This document shows positions 8,991 through 16,385 of a stretch of DNA of 64,000 bases, piece by piece (position 1 is the first letter of the stretch; each line of letters starts with the position of its first letter). Both the position numbers and the translations under genes were made by a program. This DNA comes from Candidatus Woesearchaeota archaeon. Lineage in GTDB: Archaea; Nanobdellota; Nanobdellia; Woesearchaeales; JAAOYA01. The notes under the pieces were generated by a model. That model worked only from the letters and a program-made list of their open reading frames with translations, was not told the DNA's origin and did no database searches. The stretch is taken from assembly GCA_018221105.1 (NCBI GenBank), contig JAAOYA010000008.1, positions 192,648 through 256,647 on the forward strand. Reading direction: 5' to 3'.

Positions 8991-10018
8991 AAAAGTTTCA
9001 ATAATTCTTTTTTAGAAATATTTGTTTTAATACCATACTCGCTAAACTGTGTTCTTGAAACATTATAGCCTTTTTTTATTAGTTGTCCGGTTAAAATTTC
9101 AAAGTTTGGTATTGGCAGCTTATGTTTTTTTGCTATTTTATGAATGTCAAAAAAACCTATTGTTCCAACTTTTTCTTCTGATTGTAATAATTGTAAAAAT
9201 CTTCTTGTGATTTCATCAGTACATTTTTTTATCATACTATCTAAAAGTTGAACATCATTTAATATTCCATTCCAAAGAGGTCCAGAATCTTCATAATAAT
9301 CGTGTTTTGATAATATTTTGTCGACGTGACTTTTGCCTTTTTGGCACTTGAAAAAAACTCTATAATAATGATCTTTTGAGTAACTAAAAATTGGAATTAA
9401 TGCTTTTTCATATTGTGCCCCTACTAATTGCACTTTGCGAATCAGTATTCTAAGTCCTATTTCATGCTTTAGCTCATTTCGAAGTGGTTTTGCCCAGTAT
9501 TTTCGCATACAAGCTTTAGGATACGTTCCTGCCAAAGAAGAAGTGTCAGTTGCAGTAACTGCTAAAACGCCATTACGTGCCAGTCGGTTAATGCTAGAAT
9601 CTAAAAAAGGATTCGGTGTTCCAAAGGGGTCAACGTCAATATAATCAAAACCTTTACTCTCTAATAATAAAACGTTAGCCTCTTTGTTAACTACTATTAC
9701 TTTAGAATCTTGAATGTTATTTTTTGACAAATTTTTTTTTATTAGTTTAACAGCTTGAGAATTCAAATCATTGATTAAAAGATTTTTTATTGTGTCAACA
9801 GGCAATTCTTTAAGTAATCGAATACTTCTAACACCACTACCCGCTAGTATGTCTGCTACTTGCATGTTTTTTTTATCAAGAGCTTTAAAGAACAGTATTG
9901 TTAAATCACGATTATTTTTCATTACTGGATTATAAAATACTTCAAGTTTTTTTGAAATTTTTGACTCTTTTGACACGAGCACTCTAGCATTGCCTTCTAT
10001 TATTTCTTGCATGAACAA
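8987..10018 (-). CDS. trm1: tRNA (guanine26-N2)-dimethyltransferase Trm1
   Basis: 343 aa. N-terminus IIEGNARVLVSKE..VFYNPVMKNNRDLTI and DILAGSGVRSIR SAM-binding region typical of Trm1. Confidence 0.8.
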   Translation of the reverse strand: MFMQEIIEGNARVLVSKESKISKKLEVFYNPVMKNNRDLTILFFKALDKKNMQVADILAGSGVRSIRLLKELPVDTIKNLLINDLNSQAVKLIKKNLSKNNIQDSKVIVVNKEANVLLLESKGFDYIDVDPFGTPNPFLDSSINRLARNGVLAVTATDTSSLAGTYPKACMRKYWAKPLRNELKHEIGLRILIRKVQLVGAQYEKALIPIFSYSKDHYYRVFFKCQKGKSHVDKILSKHDYYEDSGPLWNGILNDVQLLDSMIKKCTDEITRRFLQLLQSEEKVGTIGFFDIHKIAKKHKLPIPNFEILTGQLIKKGYNVSRTQFSEYGIKTNISKKELLKLF

Positions 10019-10088
10019 TAATGTTTTTTAGGTTTTTTAAAAGGTTTTTTGCCATAAGCTTTTAAAATAACATTTTATTCTCGTTTTT

Positions 10089-11861
10089 ATGCTTCGAAGA
10101 CCAATAGTTACAATTGTAGGACATGTCGATCATGGAAAGACAACATTATTAGATACTATTAGAGAGACAACTGTTGCAAATCGTGAAGCAGGAGCTATAA
10201 CACAAGCAATTGGCGCGTCAATAGTTCCAATACAAACAATCAAAAAGCTTTGTGGAAAATTATTAGACACTTTAAAAACAGATATTAAACTTCCGGGATT
10301 ACTATTTATTGACACTCCAGGACACGCTGCTTTTAGTAATTTGCGAAAGCGTGGCGGAAACCTTGCAGACATTGCAGTTTTAATAGTTGATGTCAATGAG
10401 GGTTTTAAACCACAAACTATTGAAGCTGTTGAAATACTAAAACAGTACAAAACACCTTTTGTTGTTGCCGCTAACAAAGTAGATCTTGTTAGTGGTTGGC
10501 AAAAAAAGACTGGCAATATAATTGAGAGCGTTAACCAGCAAAACCCTCAAACAATACAATTCTTAGACACAAAACTTTATGAGCTAGTTGGAACTTTTCA
10601 CGAACAAGGGTTTGAAGCAGAGCGCTTTGACAGAGTAAAAGATATCACAAAGCAAATTTCTATGGTTCCAGTTTGTGCAAAAAGCGGTGAAGGTATTGCA
10701 GAATTATTAATGCTTATCACTGGGCTTGCACAACGTTTTTTAGAAGAAAAACTTCACTTAGATGCTAAAAAACCAGCAAAGGGCACTATTTTAGAGGTCA
10801 AAGAAGAGCAAGGTCTTGGAACAACACTTGATGTTATAATTTATGAAGGTTCAATAAAAATCAATGATACAATAATAATTGGTGGTGTAGAAGAGCCTAT
10901 TGTCAGCAAAGTTAGGGCTTTAGTAAAGCCAAAGCCATTAGCTGAAATTCGTGATAAAAAATCGCGTTTTACTCCGGTAAAAGAAATCATTGCGGCAACA
11001 GGAGTTAAAATTGCCGCTCCAAACATTGACGGGGCAATTGCTGGAATGCCACTTTGGGTTGCTCCAAACGCACAAGTTGTTGAAACTTCAAAAGCCAGTG
11101 TTCAAAAAGAAGTTGATGAAGTGCTTATCGAGACTGATACTAAAGGCATTATCGTAAAAGCTGATTCATTAGGTTCTCTTGAAGCTTTAATCACATTATT
11201 AAAAGATAAGAATATTGATATTCGTAAAGCTTCTGTTGGCAACATAACAAAAAAAGATTTTATTGATGCTCAAAGTAATTATGAAGATGACCCTTTAATA
11301 GCAGTAATCTTAGGTTTTAATGTTGTGCCAAATTTAGAAGTTGAATCAATGCTATCAGGTGAAAAAGCAGTAGTTCTTACTAATAAGGTTATTTATCGAT
11401 TGATTGAAGATTTTGAATCATGGGCTAAAAAAAAGAGTGAAGCACTTCAAGCAATGCAGCTTGAAGGTTTAGTGCGTCCTTGCAAACTGGAATTCATGCC
11501 AAATTGTACTTTTCGTCAAAGCAATCCTGCAGTTATAGGAGTTGATGTTGTCGCAGGAGTTGTTGTTAATGGTATTAACTTAATAAAAAGTGATGGCAAA
11601 ACTGTTGGAATGGTGAAATCAATGCAGATTCGCAGTGACCCTGTGTCACGTGCGGAGACTGGTGCTCAAATAGCACTCAGTATTGATGGTGTGACTGTTG
11701 GACGACAAGTAAAAGAAGGCGATACATTGTACTCTGCAATTCCAGAAAATGATTTTCGACAATTAAAAAAGCATTCTAAGTTTTTATCAAAGCAAGAAAT
11801 TACATTGCTTAAAGAAATTGCTAGTTTAATGCGTGAAAAGAATCCTGTGTGGGGTGTTTAG
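10089..11861 (+). CDS. infB: translation initiation factor aIF5B (IF2 homologue)
   Basis: RPIVTIVGHVDHGKTTLLD (G1), DTPGH (G3), NKVD (G4). 590 aa with C-terminal beta-barrel regions. Confidence 0.9.
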   Translation: MLRRPIVTIVGHVDHGKTTLLDTIRETTVANREAGAITQAIGASIVPIQTIKKLCGKLLDTLKTDIKLPGLLFIDTPGHAAFSNLRKRGGNLADIAVLIVDVNEGFKPQTIEAVEILKQYKTPFVVAANKVDLVSGWQKKTGNIIESVNQQNPQTIQFLDTKLYELVGTFHEQGFEAERFDRVKDITKQISMVPVCAKSGEGIAELLMLITGLAQRFLEEKLHLDAKKPAKGTILEVKEEQGLGTTLDVIIYEGSIKINDTIIIGGVEEPIVSKVRALVKPKPLAEIRDKKSRFTPVKEIIAATGVKIAAPNIDGAIAGMPLWVAPNAQVVETSKASVQKEVDEVLIETDTKGIIVKADSLGSLEALITLLKDKNIDIRKASVGNITKKDFIDAQSNYEDDPLIAVILGFNVVPNLEVESMLSGEKAVVLTNKVIYRLIEDFESWAKKKSEALQAMQLEGLVRPCKLEFMPNCTFRQSNPAVIGVDVVAGVVVNGINLIKSDGKTVGMVKSMQIRSDPVSRAETGAQIALSIDGVTVGRQVKEGDTLYSAIPENDFRQLKKHSKFLSKQEITLLKEIASLMREKNPVWGV

Positions 11862-12312
11862 TTTGCGTTTGCAAATACTTAATTCTCGACAAGTAAAAGT
11901 TATTAAAAAAATTTTAACAGACCAATGGAGTTATGATTCAAAACTTAACTTTGTTTTTTTAAAAAGCCAAAAAGATAAATTATATCTTATTAATCGTGAT
12001 ATAGAAAAAATTAATCTTAAAGAGTTTAGAGTTGATAATAATGGATTGTATTTTGGAGAATTACGAAATGATGAGTTAAGACTTTCTATTGAAGGATCAC
12101 AAATTGTTGGTCCTTATGCCAAAAAAAAAATTGTAGAATTAACTCAAGAGCAAATTGTGGACTGGTTTGCTGGCGAGGACATAAAAAAAGATCTTAACAT
12201 GCAAGGTTTTGTGCTTGTAAAACATCGAAAAGATTTTTGTGGTACTACAAAACATAAAGAAGGAATCTTATTGAATTTTATTCCTAAAAGTCGTCGTGCA
12301 AAAATTATCTAG
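11833..12312 (+). CDS. Nip7-like PUA-domain protein (probable ribosome-biogenesis factor); start probably downstream of the track ORF start
   Basis: C-terminal half (GLYFGELRNDELRLSIEGSQIVGPYAKKK...QGFVLVKHRKDFCGTTKHKEGILLNFIPKSRR) resembles archaeal Nip7 PUA domain from memory. The first 29 nt overlap aIF5B, so the true start is uncertain. Confidence 0.35.
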   Translation: MKRILCGVFSLRLQILNSRQVKVIKKILTDQWSYDSKLNFVFLKSQKDKLYLINRDIEKINLKEFRVDNNGLYFGELRNDELRLSIEGSQIVGPYAKKKIVELTQEQIVDWFAGEDIKKDLNMQGFVLVKHRKDFCGTTKHKEGILLNFIPKSRRAKII

Positions 12313-12751
12313 TAGCAATACTCCAAAGTGTGTCGCCAACATAATGAATGTTTTTTATTGCTTTTCCAGAACTAGAATTTTTTAATTCTTCACTATTATC
12401 CAGGGCTGTACCAACAGCTAAAGGTTTTTGATTGTTAGCATCAACAATTACTACAAAATCATTTTTGTTAAAAGTTTCAAAACTTGTTATTCCAGGTCGC
12501 ATTATGTCAGCACCACTTATTACAAATTTTACTGCTCCCATGTCAACTATTACTTTTGGCAAAACGATTTGTTCTTGCAAAAAAGTCAGTAGTGGAACGT
12601 ATTGCTCTTCTCGTACAAAAAATAGTGGTTTGTCGTTAACAAATAAAACATTATCTTTTAGTGCTATTCTATCTTTTTTTGAAAAACTAACATTAAAAAT
12701 TTCTAATTGATTGTTTAAATTTTTTATTTCTTTATTACTTAAAAATTTCAT
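12305..12751 (-). CDS. PUA-domain RNA-binding protein (MCT-1/Tma20-like)
   Basis: GADIMRPGI PUA motif preceded by a DUF1947-like N-domain. 148 aa. ATGA overlap with upstream Nop10. Confidence 0.5.
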   Translation of the reverse strand: MKFLSNKEIKNLNNQLEIFNVSFSKKDRIALKDNVLFVNDKPLFFVREEQYVPLLTFLQEQIVLPKVIVDMGAVKFVISGADIMRPGITSFETFNKNDFVVIVDANNQKPLAVGTALDNSEELKNSSSGKAIKNIHYVGDTLWSIATR

Positions 12752-12903
12752 AGTAAGCCTTTTTTTTGCAAACTGTCTTTTTTTGCTATGCGTCGGTATT
12801 TTGCATAAGGGTCTTGTGGAGAATATTTTGGCGGCTTTACCTCTAATGCTTTATCGCCACACTTACATATTTGGTGTAGTGTGTACTCATTGCACTTTTG
12901 ACA
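12748..12903 (-). CDS. nop10: H/ACA ribonucleoprotein subunit Nop10
   Basis: Manually translated small ORF (51 aa, below the track cutoff): MQKCNEYTLHQICKCGDKALEVKPPKYSPQDPYAKYRRIAKKDSLQKKGLL. Matches Nop10 pattern M.KC..C..YTL...C..CG......P.FSP.D.Y.KYR. Sits immediately downstream of aIF2alpha as in the conserved archaeal S27e-aIF2alpha-Nop10 cluster. Confidence 0.55.
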   Translation of the reverse strand, partial: CQKCNEYTLHQICKCGDKALEVKPPKYSPQDPYAKYRRIAKKDSLQKKGLL

Positions 12904-12928
12904 TTTTAGAATGTGCTTTGCCATTTTT

Positions 12929-13702
12929 TTAGTTTTCCGCGCGAGTAAAGTGTGCAGTACTGTTATGGTCTTTTATGTACTTTTCAATTTTTTCAACACT
13001 TTCTTTTAGTGTTGCTTCTGCTTCTTTATAATCTGGCGCTGTGACTTTAAAGGTGTACTTTCCAGCTCCTTTGTATTGTACTATTGTTTTTTCTGATTCA
13101 ATACTGGAAAGTGCTTTTTTTATTGTTTCAATGCCGTCAGGTTCAAAACTTATGATTTCAAATTCTCCGCCAATGCTAACTTCTGAGCTTTTAATTCTTT
13201 CACGAATTATTTTTTCTAAAGCGCTTGCAATTTTTTTGTCAACTCCTAAACTTTCAAGTTTTAAGTCTTCGTCAACAACGTCTGAGAAAGCATTGCTTAA
13301 ATATTCGTATTCTTTAAAGAGAGCTTTTGTTATTGTTTCATAAAGTTTTTTTACTGGTTGTTTAAGCTCTGTTGCCGTGAACTCTACGATTTTTTCTGCT
13401 GTTTGTTCTTGTTTTATAAGATCGTTTTTTGCTCTTCTTTGGCTTTCACTGACTCTTCTAAGTGATAAGTCAATGTGACCTTTTGCTTTATCAGTGCGCA
13501 GTATTTTACAAACAATTTTTTTTCCTTCTTGTACGTAATCGCGAATGTTGCGAATTCTTCCCGGGCTGACCTCTGAAATATGCAATAGTCCCGAAGTGCC
13601 GTACTCATCAAGGTTTGCGAAAACACTGTGATGATAGATTTTTGTCACAGTACAAAGTACTATTTCTCCTTCTTCAGGAAAACTTGTTCTTTTGTATAAC
13701 AT
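12929..13702 (-). CDS. translation initiation factor aIF2 alpha subunit
   Basis: N-terminal S1 domain (PEEGEIVLCTVTKIYHHSVFANLDEYGTSGLLHISEV), helical domain and C-terminal alpha-beta domain. 257 aa. Confidence 0.85.
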   Translation of the reverse strand: MLYKRTSFPEEGEIVLCTVTKIYHHSVFANLDEYGTSGLLHISEVSPGRIRNIRDYVQEGKKIVCKILRTDKAKGHIDLSLRRVSESQRRAKNDLIKQEQTAEKIVEFTATELKQPVKKLYETITKALFKEYEYLSNAFSDVVDEDLKLESLGVDKKIASALEKIIRERIKSSEVSIGGEFEIISFEPDGIETIKKALSSIESEKTIVQYKGAGKYTFKVTAPDYKEAEATLKESVEKIEKYIKDHNSTAHFTRAEN

Positions 13703-13891
13703 TTATTCTAATACCTCTAATATTCGAGCTTTAACTTTTGATTTTCCACCACTAGGATCTGCTAGTGATTTACTGCAAACAAGGCATTTTACTTGTTTTG
13801 CTGCTTTTCCAAACATTACTTGTTCGTTTTTGCATTTTGGGCATCGTACTTTTATGAATTTGCTAGTTGGGATTTTGCTTAATTTTTTCAT
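13703..13891 (-). CDS. rps27e: ribosomal protein S27e
   Basis: FIKVRCPKCKNEQVMFGKAAKQVKCLVCSKSLADPSGGKSKV gives a C4 zinc finger with S27e spacing. 62 aa. Directly upstream of aIF2alpha. Confidence 0.8.
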   Translation of the reverse strand: MKKLSKIPTSKFIKVRCPKCKNEQVMFGKAAKQVKCLVCSKSLADPSGGKSKVKARILEVLE

Positions 13892-13984
13892 ATTGTTTAA
13901 CCTCCGGTTTAATGCTCGAAAAAGGCGTTTTATTTATAAATATTATGTCCAAGACTTTAAAAATAACAAAAAAAACGTTTTTTT

Positions 13985-14623
13985 ATGGAAAAACAAGTTC
14001 AAAACCTAATTTTACAAGTTAGAGCTATGGGAATTAAAGACGAGAAAGTTCTAAAAGTATTAAGAGATGTTAACAGAGAACATTTTGTACCACAAGACTA
14101 TAGTGGTGAGGCTTGGAAAAATTATCCGGTTCACATTGGTAAGGGCCAGACTGTTTCACAACCTTACACTGTTGCTTACATGCTTGAACTATTAGATTTA
14201 AAAAAAGGTTTGAAAGTTTTAGAAGTTGGCGCTGGCAGCGGTTATAATGCAGCATTAATTCATAAGTTAACAGACACTAAAGTTTTTGCTATTGAGCTAT
14301 TATCAGAGCTTGCTAGTCAAGCTGTAAAAAACTTGAAAAAAGAAGATTTAACAAAAAAAGATGTTGAAATTTTTGTTGGTGATGGTTCAAAGGGTTTGCC
14401 AGAATACGCACCTTACGATCGTATTATTGTAACTTGCGCAGCACCAAAAATACCACAACCATTAATTGATCAATTAGTAGATGGCGGAGTCATAGTTTGT
14501 CCTGTTGGAGTTTTCGAGCAAGTTATGATTGTCGGACACAAAAAAAGTGGTAAAATGAGTTATGAAAAAAAAGCTTTTTTTCGTTTTGTGCCATTAAAAG
14601 GAGAATTTGGCTTTAATGATTAA
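13985..14623 (+). CDS. pcm: protein-L-isoaspartate O-methyltransferase
   Basis: VLEVGAGSGYNAA (motif I), typical PIMT N-terminus (LRDVNREHFVP...GQTVSQPYTVAYMLELL). 212 aa. Confidence 0.85.
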   Translation: MEKQVQNLILQVRAMGIKDEKVLKVLRDVNREHFVPQDYSGEAWKNYPVHIGKGQTVSQPYTVAYMLELLDLKKGLKVLEVGAGSGYNAALIHKLTDTKVFAIELLSELASQAVKNLKKEDLTKKDVEIFVGDGSKGLPEYAPYDRIIVTCAAPKIPQPLIDQLVDGGVIVCPVGVFEQVMIVGHKKSGKMSYEKKAFFRFVPLKGEFGFND

Positions 14624-14790
14624 ATAATATTTTATAATTTATAAGAAAATTAGTAAACATAATTAAACAAAATTTTATTTCATTTTAATGAGTATTAAAC
14701 AATAATTTTTTTAGTTGAAAATACAAAAAAATAGTTTTTACCAACGGCTTTTAAGAAAATTTATATATTTCAACATAACATAAATAAATA

Positions 14791-15237
14791 ATGAAATACA
14801 AACTAATTTTTTTAACGTTGGTTCTGTTTTGCCTTATTTTATCAGGATGCGTTAGTGGAGATAATTATTATCAAAGAAAAGCTGAACAAAAATTGGCTGA
14901 TACATTAGAAGAATATAATGCCCATATCAATATAGTTAAAGAATATGACGCAGATTGTCTCAAAAATTGGTGTATCAATACATGTATGACTGAAAAAAGT
15001 GATATATCTGATGCTCAAGCAAAATCAGTTAAGTGTAATATGGAATGTAATAAAGTCGAAATGATTGAAATAAACGCGGCAGAATATCCTCAATGCAAGA
15101 AAGACTCTACAACAGTTAATACTCAAGATGAAGATTGCCCAATAGTATATAAATGCAAAAACCCGATAAGAGAAGACAATATTGAAAAGTGTCCAGAATC
15201 AGAATTACAAGAATATAGGGAAAGGTGTATGAGCTAG
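14791..15237 (+). CDS. cysteine-rich putative lipoprotein
   Basis: Signal peptide ending in lipobox-like LSGC. 14 Cys in the 148-aa product. Flanked by long AT-rich intergenic regions. Confidence 0.4.
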   Translation: MKYKLIFLTLVLFCLILSGCVSGDNYYQRKAEQKLADTLEEYNAHINIVKEYDADCLKNWCINTCMTEKSDISDAQAKSVKCNMECNKVEMIEINAAEYPQCKKDSTTVNTQDEDCPIVYKCKNPIREDNIEKCPESELQEYRERCMS

Positions 15238-15411
15238 TAAACATTAATTAAATGATAATAAATAAAGATTTTTTTATTCAACAATATAAACTTTCTATAT
15301 TAATGATCCCATCAGGTTTTAATGTTTTTCAGTGAAAAAATAACTACAATTAAGTTCTATAAAATCTATCTTTTAATAACTATTTAGTAGATTGTTAAAT
15401 TTAGTGTTTTA

Positions 15412-16359
15412 TCAGGCTTTTTCTGCACTGCCAAACAATTCTATTTTTTCTTTGACTTTTTCTTTGACAGCATCGCATGCTACTGACAAGTATTTTCTTG
15501 GATCAAAAGTTTTCTTGTCCATTTTATTTAGCGGGTGTTCTTTAAAGTATTGTTTTTCTGCCAGTGTTGCAGCTAGTTGTAGTTCTGTATCAATATTGAT
15601 TTTTGTAATGCCTAACTTTACTGCTTTTTTAATATCATTTGCAGGTATCCCGCTAGCACCATGCAACACAAGTGGCACGTTAATGGTTTGTTGTAGTTCT
15701 TTTAATATTTGAAAATTCAATTTTGGTCTGCCTTTGTAAAACCCGTGAGCATTGCCAATGGCTGGTGCTAAAGTGTCAATGTTTGTTAGTTTTACAAATT
15801 CTTTGGCTTGTGATGGGTCTGTAAAAAAGTGTTTTTCTGATTTTATATTTTCGTCTTCAACTCCTGCAAGAATTCCTAGTTCTCCCTCGCACGAAGCATT
15901 ATTTTTGTGCGCTAATTGTGCTGCTTTTTTTGTAAGCATCACATTTTTTTTAAAAGAGTATTTGCTACCATCCAGCATTATACTGCTATAACCTGCTTTT
16001 AGAACTTTTGATACATTACGATTAGTTTTACCATGGTCTAAGTGCAAACTTATTGGCTGTTTATGCTCTTTGATTGCAACTTGCACTAGAGCAACTATAT
16101 TTTTTAGTCCGGCGTAGGTAATTGCTGACTCTGAAGTTTGCACAATTACTGGAGCGTTAAGCTCTTTTGCACCATTAAGTATCGCTTGTAATGTTTCCAA
16201 GTTTGCAAAATTAAAAGCTCCTACTGAATAACCTTTTTTTTGCGCTTTAGATTGCAATTCAATATTAGTGTAAAGCTTCATAAAAAAATAGTTAGTTTGA
16301 AGGTTTTTAAAGGTTTGCTCAAAAGACAAAACAAAGAATAATTTATAAATATAAAACAA
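15412..16359 (-). CDS. fba: class II fructose-/tagatose-bisphosphate aldolase
   Basis: TIM-barrel class II aldolase hallmarks: N-terminal GYSVGAFN, HLDHG metal-binding motif, LVLHGASGIP. 315 aa. Confidence 0.8.
   Translation of the reverse strand: MFYIYKLFFVLSFEQTFKNLQTNYFFMKLYTNIELQSKAQKKGYSVGAFNFANLETLQAILNGAKELNAPVIVQTSESAITYAGLKNIVALVQVAIKEHKQPISLHLDHGKTNRNVSKVLKAGYSSIMLDGSKYSFKKNVMLTKKAAQLAHKNNASCEGELGILAGVEDENIKSEKHFFTDPSQAKEFVKLTNIDTLAPAIGNAHGFYKGRPKLNFQILKELQQTINVPLVLHGASGIPANDIKKAVKLGITKINIDTELQLAATLAEKQYFKEHPLNKMDKKTFDPRKYLSVACDAVKEKVKEKIELFGSAEKA
16343..16353 (+). promoter_or_regulatory. candidate TATA box for the RM-nuclease operon
   Basis: tttataaatat about 35-45 nt upstream of ATG 16386, with a purine-rich acaggaaa Shine-Dalgarno-like element at 16378-16385. 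Confidence 0.25.
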
Positions 16360-16385
16360 TACAACAAATAAAACAACACAGGAAA

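Noticed and set aside
10130-10516. 128-aa minus-strand ORF
   Set aside because: Embedded in the aIF5B G-domain coding region, antisense.
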